DNA of 63,569 bases, filler included, from Chiloscyllium plagiosum (lineage: Eukaryota): assembly GCF_004010195.1 (NCBI RefSeq). It is 4 parts of 2 records of this genome, joined end to end, with 100 filler letters (N's around TTAATTAATTAA, not from the genome) between each part and the next. Parts side by side here need not be neighbours in the genome. Positions count along the whole stretch, not along the records: positions 17,512 to 40,886 come from NC_057711.1; 3 more parts are not named here. One strand, 5' to 3'. Positions 25,419-37,940 of this stretch are shown here, piece after piece. A program made the position numbers and the translations under genes. Within the stretch, counting starts at the first letter, position 1, and the number at the start of each line of letters is the position of its first letter. A model generated the notes under the pieces. The model saw only the letters and a list, made by a program, of their open reading frames with translations, was not told the DNA's origin and made no database searches.

Positions 25419-27789
25419 TAGTTACCGGTGGCAGTCATGTTGCAATGATGCAATCACGGTTTTTGCCATTGTCTAACAGCCAATTTCAGTAATTTACATT
25501 CATTCCCTACGGCAGGATTCACGGTAATGTCTGCTGGATTTATTTTTCATGATTTAAATTGCCTATATTCTGTCCCACACCAAGTCCCAGACACCCATTA
25601 CCATCATCTGCTTCCTCATTGTCACTGCTTTCACTGGATCCTTGTGCTTCAATGTGTTGACATTAAAATCCTCATCCATTGTCCTCAAATCCTATTCCTC
25701 TCCACCTCTTCCAGATTTTTGTCTGATTTCTGATCCCCCAAATCTGGCACTCTGTGCTACCCTCTTTATCTCACCATTGACAGTTATGTCATCAGCCTCA
25801 CACCTGACACTCCCTCCCTAACCTTCCTTCCTCTCCTCTCTCTCTGTTAATTATGTTAATTAACATTAAGTACATACAAACAGAAGGCATTGATCGATGG
25901 TTAAATGAGCACATATAAAAGAAACACTGACCGGGACCCTTGTGCTGCAGTGTCCCTGTCTCTGAGTGAGGACGCTTAGGTTCATACCTGCTCCAGAGAG
26001 GGTAACAATACCTTAAAAAGGTTGATCAGAAAATATCTAAAAGAGATGCTTACTAACACAGAATTGAGTGGAGTGTGAATAAATAACATTTCAGGAAAAG
26101 ATGCCTTGGTTTCTTTGTTCACCAACTGGCTATCAAGAATATAAAATGCCACCACTACAAGCTTCAGCTGTTCCAGCAATCGTTTGCCCCCATTCTTACC
26201 TCTAATTTAAATTAAGAATGGATTTTAACACAGATGGTATAATGTAAGACTAGACACAATTCATTTTATTGATAGTCCGTTTAGTTCCAAGATGTAACTG
26301 CGTCTTACCTACTAATCAACCTGGTGTCCCTAGTAGCCCCCTTTTTACACTAAGAATTTCTGGAAACTCAGATAACTAAATTACAATTTAGCTGATTGAA
26401 TTAATGAACCAGTACTTAAAGCAGCACCATAACAAAAATTCAATCTTTGAAGGAAGCATAAAGAACTAAATTACAATGAAATTCCCAAAGCTGATGACAC
26501 ACTCTGTCTTCCGACCATGGAAGTACCTTCCAATCCCTTTTAATATGTGCAAAAAAATCATTAATCAATCAATAGTTTCCACCGATTTATCCTTAACATT
26601 AACTGTTTAATTAATGTAACATTAACATTGATACTGTCATGCCTCATTATGCTAGCACAGTGGAAATTAAGCCCTGCTGTTCCCAGTGTCATCATAAAAG
26701 TTAAAGGTTTTTTCAAAAAGTATGCAAAGTTTCCCCAATTTACCTCTCTTGTACATCCCAGGTTGACAGAAATTGCAGACCAAATTTCTATACATAACAA
26801 AAAATGCTATTTATTAGAAGTAATTAATTTCCAGTTACAGGTAAACAGTTATGAACTGGTGGTGTATAATTCTTCAAATCAAAACTCTAATCACCTTATA
26901 CATGATCCCTTACATGCACCGCATAGACAGGGAGAAAAGTATGGGTATTACTGATGGAGAGAAAGACTGGGAAAGCAGTTCAGTGGTTCCTGTGATGATT
27001 CTTGTGCTGGTCAGAATGCTGCTTCTTTGTCATTCTTCTCTGGATGCTTCTGTTTGTTTGCAGGAAGCAAAGGGTGGATGGTTCAGTTTTAAAAGATCTC
27101 TGACCTATAAAGTAAAATTCACAGCTTTTAGCAACTGTGGATGAAAGATAAACTGGTTTTCTTCATGCTCAGGAGCGCTCTTTGTTCTTTGCAGGAAAAG
27201 TGTTTTCTTGCAAAGAGCAAAGAATGTTTCTGAGCTGGTATAGATCCAATACCTTCCCTGTATCTCGTTCACTGACCCAAACTGTTCAGTTACCCCAGAA
27301 CCAATCACAGCGTTCTTGTCAAACAGAAAGTCTTGTCCAAAGCTTCATCTGTACACAGTCCAATTTGTCCATAACCACACTTCTAAGCATTGCTCAAATA
27401 AGTAGCTATGTCAACAGTGTTTACAATGAGTGTCAGGTTATTTGTTCTCAAAACATGTAGGAATCCTACAGCAATCCTTAGTTTTTATTGCTGTTCTTTT
27501 ATCATTTTAGTCTACAGAAAAATAAAAAAAGACAGTCTCTACAATATCTATTGAACATCATTCTTCCATATCTACAGCATTACCCTAAATGCAAATTGTT
27601 GCAGTATTTTTCTAATTAACCGAATGGCTACAAGGTTAGTTATTTTAAACCAGTTACATTTTTCACTCTGCCAAGCCTGTCACTTTGTCAGCTTACAGCT
27701 GTAATACAGGAACTGTCTGTCATTTACAATCTTGACTTGTTTGTGTCGAGATCTCTACACAAAATGTCATACCATCATTCCATAAAGCT

Positions 27790-29990
27790 TCCTACTCTAG
27801 TTACTCTGTAATGCGTGTAAGTCTGCCACACTGTTATACAATTGTTTTGTTTCCTGTCCATTAGACTGATCTTTCACACTTTAACTCGACTGTAACTCCT
27901 ATGTTTTACTGCTGTCATACTTTAAATCATTTACACTTTAATGCTGTGACACTATAACTCTGTCAAACTGCAACACTTCCATACTACAGCTCTGTCATGG
28001 TATAATTCTGTCCCACTGAGACTGTTTCTGGCTGCAATTCTGTTGTGCTGCATGTCTTCTGATGTCAATCTGTTATACTGTAATTGTCTCATAATGTCAC
28101 ACTGTAACTCTGGCACACTGTAACTCAATCAAGTCTGTCACATAATGACTCAGTCATACTATAATTGCCATATTGTTTCACTGTAGCTCTGTCACACTGT
28201 AACTGTCACACTGTAACTCTACTATACTGTAAGTCTAACTTTATTACTCTATTACACTGTAACTCTGGCAAACTAGTCATACTATAACTCTTTCAGGCTG
28301 TATCTCAGTTATACTGTGACTCTGCCAGGGATTAACTCTATCACACTGTTACACTGTAAAACTCTAACTGAATAGTTCCACAACTACTACTGTGTAACTC
28401 TGTCACACTTGATTTCAGTCATACTGTATCTCTCTCAAGTCTTTCAACCTGTGCCTCAGTTAAACTGTTGGTTTGACATATTTTAACAATGTTATGCTAT
28501 AACTCTGTCACACTTACTCCGGTGCCATTGTAATTCTGTCATATTTTAACTCTGTTGCACTTACATTTGCCACACTGTATCGTCATCTTTGTATAAATTA
28601 GGAACTCTGTAATTCTACAATGATTCTACTACACAGTAATCCTGTTCCACTGTAACTCTGCAAGATTGTCATTCTGTCATACTGTAACTCTAACACATTG
28701 TAGCTCTATTACATTGCTAAAGTGTCAATCTACACCTCTTTCATACTGTAACTCTTTTATAGTATAATTCTGTCACAGCATAACTCTTCAAGTTTGCCAC
28801 AGTGTCCCTATCATACCACAGGCTGTTATAGTATAATTCTGTTATATTGTAACTCAGTCATTCTGTAACTCTGTCATGCTTTAAATTGTCATACTGTTAC
28901 TCCCTCACATTGTAATGTTATACTGTAATTTTACAGCACTGCAACTCTGCCTTTCTGATATACTGTTGTACCATAATTGGTGACTCTAATTCAACTATGC
29001 TATGGCTCTGTCACAATGTAACCCCATTGTACTGTAACTTTGTCACACTCTAAAGTTTGCCACGTTGTAACTTTTCCACATTATAATTCAATCATGCTAC
29101 AACTCTAATTTGATAATGTCATTACGTAATAACTCTGTCATATTTAACACTATAAATCTGTAACTGTCATACTGCCATGCTGGGTCTCCGACTGTAGATT
29201 TACCATGCTTCAATGATGACATACTGTAACACATCATACTGTAAATCAGTCATACTGAAATGGTGTTATAATGTCAATTTGTAATAATGTAACTCAGTCA
29301 TATGTTAGTTTGTCATATTATATTCTGCTATGCTGTTAATTTGATATAACATAACCCTGTTATAAATCAATTTGTTATGCCGTAACTCTGTCATACTGCA
29401 AATTTGTCAATCTATAACATTGTCATATTGTAACACTGGCGTCCTGTCCTCTAATCTTGTTACACTAATGATTAAATGTAACAGTATCCTCCCTCAATAG
29501 TGTCATATTGTAACTGTCATAATGTAACTCTGCCATATTTTAGCTTTCATGCTACTATCATATTATAACTTGTCCAGTTACATTGTCACACATTAATTTT
29601 GCTGTTCTTGTTAATTAAGTTACCATTGCGTTAAGGTGATATTAAGTCCTTCCTGCTGGCTCTCTGACACATTGTAACATTGTCATACTGTAATTTTGTC
29701 ATATTTTAATTCTGTCATGCTGTAAAGCTACCACACTTCAAATTAGTTATGCTATATTAATGCTGCAGTTACTGAAACTCTGTCTCTCTGTAACTTTGTC
29801 TCACTGTAACCCAATTAATGTTGTAATCTAACACAATAAAACCCTGCCATTCGGTAATGCTGTTACTCTGTAACTGTCACATTTCAAATCTGTTTCACTG
29901 TATCAATGTCATGACATAACTCTATCATACTGTACCTCTAAGCTCTCATATTGTAACTCTGTATTCTGTAATTCTGTCATACTGTTACTG
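27790..29990. repeat. Degenerate minisatellite, about 16-bp unit CTGTAACTCTGTCATA
   Basis: Dozens of recognisable copies (e.g. CTGTAGCTCTGTCACACTGTAACTGTCACACTGTAACTCT near 28181-28220). No ORFs of 60 aa or more. Confidence 0.92.
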
Positions 29991-31779
29991 CAACATGCCG
30001 GAGCTATGCCAGCCTTTGAAACATTGATTCTAGATACGATTATGAGGCAAATAAATGAGAAAGGTAGTTTATTCTTCAAAAAAAAAAGTCAAACCTTATA
30101 AACATGTTTACTAATAGAACAGTTTGATTGTCACTAATGCAGGACTACAGCAGTTTGTGGTTCTGCTCTGTTAATTATTGTGGACAAACAGACATTATCT
30201 GGAGTTGTTGCACCTCCTGCTGTGACTAAATCATTAGTGTACAGCAAGTAAATAATTGTAGGCACTAGGACTATTGTCTCAGCTCCCAGTTTAAGAGAAA
30301 GGGAACACCTGCATTTTTGCAGTCGCTAAATCATTAGTAGATTTGATTTTAACATTTGTGTTAAGATGTATGCTGTCAACATCAACTCAATCTGGACTGT
30401 ATTAACCTCACTGATTTTTTAAAAATGTAAACCCCGAGCAAACTAAGACAACGGGTGCTAAGGGGTGGAGAGAATGCATGGTGATGGAGTAGGAATGTAT
30501 GACTGACGGTGAATAGCAAAGCAGTTTTTCAGAAGTCCAACTACACTTTGAGTTTTTGTCCCATGTTGCTGGGATTATGGGGTTTAGGGGTGGATGCATG
30601 AAGCTGACTAATGTCTGTCAATGAATTTGAAAAATTAGTTTTGAAATCAATGTTGGAAGATTCTAATCTGTCAGTTAAACTGCTTATATGCACATCTAAA
30701 CTCATGCCAGATATATCTGATATGGATATGTATAGACAGATTCCCATTTAGAAACTGATTTTCCTTAAATGTCACATTTATAAAGTAACATTGTGACTAT
30801 TATCTTTCTTCAATCAAAAGAAGTTGCTTATGCTCTTTCCTATTTGTCTGTAATTTTTGTTGCACTAATGTTTCAGAACTTGTCTTTCCTGTGGACTGTC
30901 CTGGGTGTGGAGTCCGTGTTGTCTCCAGCTCTCTTTTTAAAAGAAATCTTGCAGGGGGAAGTTGCTTATAAGTTAAACACATCTGTCTTCTACATTTTTT
31001 CCTTCTTAAACTGACTCAGAATAGTGTACTTCTGGCTTTATAGATAAGCTCTCAACATTGTAAAACTCTGAAAAAAAAAAGCAGAAGAGAGTTTCAGTGA
31101 ATTAGGAAACATTTCCCATCCCCCACTCTCCATTGACACAATCTCCATTTTGCTTGAAGCAGTCCCTCTCTGCAGTTGCCTGGTGGGGGTAGTGCACACC
31201 ATTCAGAGTCAACAAATGTCACATTAGTATCTTGGAAGGATAAATAACAAGGAGGGGGCCAGTCATGGTTTAAAGCTGGGCTAGGGCTGAAACTGGGACT
31301 GAGTAGATCATAGCCCAATATTAGCCACCTGTTCTGTTACAGCCAGAGAAATTAAAAAGGCAGGAACGAGCGAAAAGTTTGGCAGTAATGGTTCTTACAA
31401 CAGGAGTGTTCTCCCAAACAGGAAAACACACCCACAGACTAAAACACAAAAATCCTCTTTCAGAGAAATGGAAGCCTTAATCTTCAAGATGCAAAGTTGG
31501 AGGAATGTTGTTGGCACAAACTCGATCCCTCGTGCTTTGGGGAATGTGTGTACATGTTCGTTTTAATCAGTGAATCCACGTGGGCTGTATCAGTGTGTCT
31601 ATGTGTACTGCTGAGGTGAGGGCAGCAGGAGAGTTGGGTCTTGGCGTTAATGGAAAACAAATGTTGACTCTCAGTGCGTTTTAGGACTGAATATGGTCTT
31701 AGCACAATACTGACACATGTCTTTTACCAGTGAGTTCAAGTCCCTCTGGAAATTAAAGAAGGAGTTTTAGAAGTGCTGC

Positions 31780-32741
31780 ATATGATGTAAGAAAGGAAGT
31801 GGTAAAAGCATCACAGGGAAAGAAACAGGAACTTCTCAGAAAACTGAAAGTCAAGTTCCTAAGAGACAATTTTAAAAATGAGTCCGAGAGGCTTGGTGGG
31901 TGGCTGACTGACCAGTCACAGGGGTTTCAATTACGTAGCAGTAGAGGGGGAGGGAGCAGTCCTTGATCAGTATGTTCCAGTCCAGAGTTTCAAACCAACC
32001 TCACTAATGTTCACTATTGTGCAGTTAGAAATCATAGGTCCTTTGTGTTTAAGGACCTAGTAGGGGAAATGATTTACAACTACCCAAACAAGCAAACTGA
32101 TCTTTCTGACAGAGTCCTCACTGGATGGAGCACATGCTAGTCACGTCCACACTTTGAGCTGGGCAAAAGCAACATTGGGGTTTCATTGGTGATGATAATA
32201 GATGTCAGACTGTCATATGAATATTGATGCGAAAGCTAGTCTGCTTTCGTAGTGGGAGCAGAAGGAAGTAAGATGGCTGCCCTTTAGGATTTGTTTGAAA
32301 GGAGACAGATTGTACTTTGCTGGATTTCTGCGACGCTGAGGAAGATACAGAGGCTGGAGCTATTTTTATGTATCAGTAAGACCTCAACGCTTCTTATTTG
32401 GTTGTTTTCTTTAAAGCAAGAATGTGTGAAAATTTACTTTGCATGATCTCATTTAAGAGGGGAAAAGGTGGGGGTTTGTAGAAAATTAGTCAAAGCCTCT
32501 CCAACATGGCTGACAATATTAGTTTGATAAAAAAAATTACCAGTGCAGTACTTGCATTCTGTTACCTTTGAAGTGTGCAGTCAGGTTTGTAATGCTGCCG
32601 TCTGTTTGCATTGTGTGATTTTGTTTTTCTCTTAATGGAGAATTTACATGATCAGTTTTATCCTTATGTAGTTTTTTCCTCTTTTAGGTTTGAAGTGTTT
32701 TTGTGAGAACCCAGTAAAGTGATAGTGGTACGGTGGAACAG
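31780..32741 (+). promoter_or_regulatory. Candidate promoter/enhancer island with a small non-coding exon
   Basis: Repeat-free. AAAGGAAGTG (31792-31801), TTCTCAGAA (31833-31841) overlapping GAAAACTGAAAG (31839-31850). Strong acceptor TTTTTTCCTCTTTTAG|G at 32687/32688 and donor CAG|GTACAG at 32741; the 54-nt exon is closed in all frames. Confidence 0.4.
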
Positions 32742-33752
32742 GTACAGTGTTTTCACCTCCCTGATATGTGTGCATGAGTTTTGATGGTGTCTTTTTAATG
32801 TAAAAAAAATCATATGTAATGTGAGTAGTGAAACTGAGCTTCTAATTGAGGTAGGGAAGTAAAGCTTTAATAAATGAAGGAATTGAAATTACACGGAGAA
32901 TTAGCGTTATGCATTTGGTTTTTTTAAAAAAATCGGACATCTTCAACTTTTATTTTGTGTGGCAGTTTCCATTTGTTTGGTAACTGACACAAAGCCAGGG
33001 AAGAAAGGATCGCCGATCCCAAGGACTGCAAGGTCAGGGGCAATGAAGGAAATGAAATACAATCTCGCCGCACCATTAAAGAGAGGGGGGATTTTGCAGT
33101 AACCTCACATTTCTCTCAGCAGTCTCAGTTTCTAGCAAGCCCCATGTTCCCAATGACTGCTGCGGACTCCGAGTGGGATTCACGCAGCCACGGCATAGCT
33201 GCTTGCTTCACTGTTCGCAATCAGGCATTTCCCCACTGCAGTCTAGTACTGATGTCCTGTTAAAGCTTTCCGATCCTCCTTCTGCCCCATTTTGGAGGGG
33301 ATTTAAGACGTTACCTGGCAAGGTAGCCCACATTGCCAGCTGTCCCCAGTGCCTTACCTGGATTGAGAATAAGTACTAAACATGAGCCAGCTCTTTTATG
33401 CAGAAAAGAGTTGCTTCAAAATTTAGGAAAAAAAGTGCCAGCTAAAGCCTTAATGCAGAAAACATGGAGAAGTTAACCAGAACCTGTTTCACTGAAGAGA
33501 CATTTTTTGTTTTACTGTGCAATGGAATTCCTCCACTATCTGTACAAACAAGTCTCTTATCAGTTGTTTTTAGCTTATTGAGAAGGATAAATAGTCATTA
33601 GGATTAGCATTTTAACTACCCCTTTGAATATTTGTAGGTCATGAATAAAACAGCTTGGTTATCTGTGTATTTAGATTGTGTATTCTCCAGCTCCTGCTTT
33701 CACTTCAAGTTTTAATGTTGGTGAGCCTGTGAATTTTGCATTTAAATAGATT

Positions 33753-33888
33753 GAGATGCTGGTGTTGGACTGGGATGTACAAAGTTACAAATCTCACAAC
33801 ACCGGGTGACAGTCCAACAGGTTTATTTGAAGCACTAGCTTCCGAATAAACCTGTTGGACTATAACCTGGTATTGAGAGATTTTTAGC
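33753..33888. mobile_element. Fold-back PLE family A terminus
   Basis: AGTCCAACAGGTTTATT ... AATAAACCTGTTGGACT inverted arms matching 10304-10380. Confidence 0.85.
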
Positions 33889-34644
33889 ATTAACAAAAGT
33901 ATTGTGTTGCTGGAAGAATGCAGGCATGTTGCAGTTAATGACTCAGGTGTGCCGAATAAACATGAGAATGTTAGTTGAGACTACTACCCCCATTTGAGAG
34001 GAAAGTAATGCAGCATGATTTGTGTAAGTGAAAAATAATATGAGGAGATTTTATCCAAACATGCTACATGCATTTCTCTTATTAAAACAAAACTTATAAT
34101 TTGATTGCTTAATTACAATTTATTTGTTCTGCAAAGTAAAAGATGGTTTGACAAAAAGTAGGCAACTCTCTGTACTAGAGGTAACATCAAGAGTCTCAAA
34201 CTTTGAATTTTTTTTCTAAGTGTCTGGAGTAAGTTGTACACAATTGAGTTTCACAGTTCTCGGTGAAAGTTAAAACCCCAACAAACTCTGCTCTTTGACT
34301 GGATGTCACATGTCAGCCTGACAGCGTAATATACTGTACGGTATAAAAAATGCATCGAACTCATCCAAATCCTTTATACTGTTTCAAGAAATCATAACTA
34401 TAATAGTTCCATGTTTTTGGTAGAAAGTAACATAGATTGTGACAATGGAACTAACTCTGTTGGGAAGGTTTTTAAAGATGGAGTGAATTTTGCACTTCAG
34501 AAAGGATAGAAAAAAGTTAGCATGTGAAAGTTAATATATGAAGTTGAGGACAATTCACAATCAATGAAGCACACTTCAAAATTTATAGGCAAACACAATA
34601 TCCAATGTTCATGAAGCAAGCTCTCTCATTCAGCAATGTGACAT

Positions 34645-34815
34645 AGTTCAGAATATCTGCTTTAGTGATGTTGGTTGAGGGTTAAATATTGGTCATGATG
34701 CCAGGGAGAACTTCACGGCTCTTCACTGAAATCATCTGAATGGTCAAAAAGTTTAACATTTTATTTCAACACAGCACATCTAACAGTACAACATGCCTTC
34801 AGTCTTTCACTAAAT
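34645..34815 (-). mobile_element. Ancient Deu-domain SINE remnant (similar pieces near 6415-6520, 37380-37620, 48270-48340, 49500-49560)
   Basis: Reverse complement resembles Deu-domain core GAAGAG...AGTTCTCCCTGG..CCAATATTTA.CCCTCAACC; recognised from memory only. Confidence 0.5.
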
Positions 34816-36596
34816 TTTGGTGTGGAACATGGGCAGGGGATGTGCAGTTGGTGGAAGATATCTACATTATTGTATAGATTGCTGGGGAAATAAATGAGAG
34901 AAAGAAGTGGGCAACAGTTACCATTGCTTGACTGTGCTGTCTAACCATATTGGGGAAATATGAGAAATTCTATTTTGCTTGTAAAGGGATAATTTCTGGC
35001 ATTACATTATCAAATCCTTACAATAAAAGATTCCTTTTCACCCAAAAAATTTCATAACAAGGGTTTTAAAAACAAAATTAATGTTGCACACTCTCTCTGT
35101 CATAGTGTGGAGTATTTTCATCTTTTCCATTAAAATAAAGTTAGTCAAGTGTGAATCAAAATAGTGGAAGGGATCAGGTGCAGGCATTTGAGAAAACTTC
35201 TTTTTATTTCTGATGCTGAACTGTCTATTCTGGTCAGATTAAAATAATCTAAACTTCTCAAATAATGGTATAATAGTTAAATGTATGACTTAGATGATGG
35301 TGGTGAGATATTTATATGCTGCCTTATAGCAGTTCATGGATTTTAACATATGCAATGTCAACTCTCTTGGAAAAAAAAGAGGAACTAACAAGTGCTCTGG
35401 TTTTGTTTTGACAAGAGAACTCTTAGGCTACTATCTAACAGCTATGTGTAGAAACATGCAGTGCACTATTTTAAAGAACTGGGTAGTAGAGAAAAAAGAC
35501 ATGTGTTCTATATCTTACACATGATCATCTTTCAAAGTATGCCCTGAGTCTAAGCCAGTTGATGAAATTGTGATCTGAAAATTAGACGTTGGTCCTGGTT
35601 TAAATCTGATTGTTAGCTGATGCTTGCTCTGATTACTCCCCAAGCTCCAGACTTCAGAGTTGCTTCCCAAACCTTTCCTCCTCATCAAATCTTTCTGCCC
35701 CTTCAAGACACTTACCTGCTTATAAAAAAATTATGCTCACTAGTCCTAAAACCACCTCCAGGAAATGCTGAAACACTCAACTAGTCAAGCTGCATGTGTG
35801 GAGACAGATGTTAATGTTTTAGGTCAACAAGCTTTTATCAAAACTAATAAGTTTCTTGGTACTTGTTCCAGCATTAATGCAGATTACTGTTCTTGTTTGG
35901 AAAAAAAAGGTCGGATTGTTTCATCACTCTTTCTTAACAAAGGAAATTTGCCATCCTTACCTGCACGTGTTTGGAATCACATAACAAGGGTGCACTTCAA
36001 GTTAGAGTCATACAGCACAAGAACGGACCCTTTGGCCCAACTCATCCATGCTGACCAAGTTTCCCAAACTAAGCTAGTCTCATTTCCCTGCATTTGGCTC
36101 CTAACCCTGTAAACCTTTCCTATTTGTATAGCTGTTCAACTCTCTTGTAAATGTTGTTAACTGTGTCTGTTCGTCCATTGTTCAAGAAGGCAACCAATCA
36201 GCAGTCACCCAGGGCAACCAGAAATGAATAAGAAATGAAAGATTTACCAGTCATACCTGCAGTGGAGGATGAACTCCTATTTTTTCAAGGAGGATAGTGT
36301 ATACACTAAGATAATGTAATGGTTGCTATTTTCTGCCATCATTGACAAACTAGGGCACAAGCCTTGGCTCTCAATTACTGGGACATTTAGTTTTGGCTGG
36401 AATGCCTTACTTGATATGCATCTTCTCTGAAAGTACAGCATATGCTCAGTGTAATCCTGAAGCATCAGCCTAGAGCAGTACCCTGATGTGAGAGCCAGTT
36501 GGTCAGCATTGAAGAAACATTGCTGGAAGATGGTGTTATCAACTCGGTCAAATACTGAGACAGGTAAAGAAGGAAGAAGAGAGATACTTTACCAAT

Positions 36597-37330
36597 TGTC
36601 ATAGAGATGTAGAGAACGGAAACAAACCATTCAGTCCAACTCATCCATGCCGACCAAATATCCCAACCCAATCTAGTCCCACCTGCCAGTATTTGGCCAA
36701 TATCCCTCTAAACCCTTCCTATTCATATACACATCCAGATACCTTTTAAATGTAATTATACTAGCCTCCACTTCCTCTGGCAGCTCATCCCATACACATA
36801 CCACCCTCTGCGTGAAAAAGTTGCCCTTTAGGACTCCTTTAAATGTTACCCCTTTCACCCTAAATCTATGTACTCTAATTCTGGACTCCCCCTCCCCAGG
36901 GAAACGATGTTATTTATTTATCCTATCCATGCCCCTCATGATTTTGTAAACCTCTATAAGGTCACCCCTCAGCCTCTGACACTTCAGGGAAAACAGCCCC
37001 AGCCTATTCAGCCTCTCCCTATAGCTCAAATCCTCCAACCTTGGCAACATCCTTGTAAATCTTTTCTGAACCCCTTCAAGTTTCATCCTTTTGATAGGAG
37101 GGAGGCCAGAATTGCACGCAATATTCCAACAATGGCCTAACTAATGTCCTGCACAGCTGCAACATGACCTCCCAACTCCTATACACAAGGCTCTGACCAA
37201 TAAGGGAAAGCATACCAAATTCCTTCTTCACTATCCTACCTGCCTGCGACTCCACTTTCAAGGAGCTATGAACCTGCACTCCAAGGTGTCTTTGTTTAGC
37301 AACACTCTCTAGGTCCTTACCATTAAGTGT
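36597..37330 (-). mobile_element. CR1/HER1 LINE 3' fragment
   Basis: YTLNGKDL..RHLGVQVHSSLKVESQ..LVRPLLEYCVQFW..FFTQRVVCVWDELP. Confidence 0.93.
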
Positions 37331-37668
37331 ATAAGTGAATGAAATAAATTGCATTTAAATAGTAAAATCATTGATTATCCAAAAGTGCATGACATTACCT
37401 CAGAAATGTAGTCACTGTTGTAATGATAGAATAAACTTCAGATAACTAATGTGCAGCAAGATCCCACAAACAGCAATTGGACTTGATTAATCTGATTGTA
37501 GTGATGTTAGCTGATGGATGGGGATTAGCTAGGTCAACTCCCCCTGCTGCTCCTCTTCAAAACAGTGCCTTGGAGTCAGAAAGGTTGATTGAGCATCAAT
37601 TTAAGATTTTATTCACAAAATTTGTGACAGGCCAGCATTCCTGCACTGGAGATCAGCTTGGATTTCCA

Positions 37669-37940
37669 GGGCTGCACAGTGGTTCGATGGTTAGCACTTC
37701 TGCCTCACAACTCCAGGGACTTCGATTCGAGTCCAGCCTTGGGGTGACTTTGTGTTTGTGTGTCTCTGTCTGTGTGGAGTTTGCACATTCTCCCTGTGTC
37801 TGTGTGGGTTTCTTCCCAGTGCTCTGGTGGATTGACCGTAGCAAAATGCCTCATAGTGTCTAGGGATGAGAGGTAGATGTATTAGTCATGAGAAAATGCA
37901 GTGTGTTATGAGGATAGGTTAGGGGAGTGGGTCTGGGTGG
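37669..37940 (+). mobile_element. V-SINE, diverged
   Basis: GGGCTGCACAGTGGTTCGATGGTTAGCACTTCTGCCTCACA head; GTCTGTGTGGAGTTTGCACATTCTCCC V-domain. Confidence 0.85.

Noticed and set aside
26900..27520. Several splice-acceptor-like sites on both strands (e.g. minus 27104, 27511) suggesting coding exons
   Set aside because: Frames close quickly and the peptides resemble nothing recognisable; not distinguishable from chance.
27790..29990. CRISPR array or immunoglobulin switch-like region
   Set aside because: Units are contiguous with no unique spacers, the context is eukaryotic, and it lacks the G-rich/AGCT-dense composition of switch regions.
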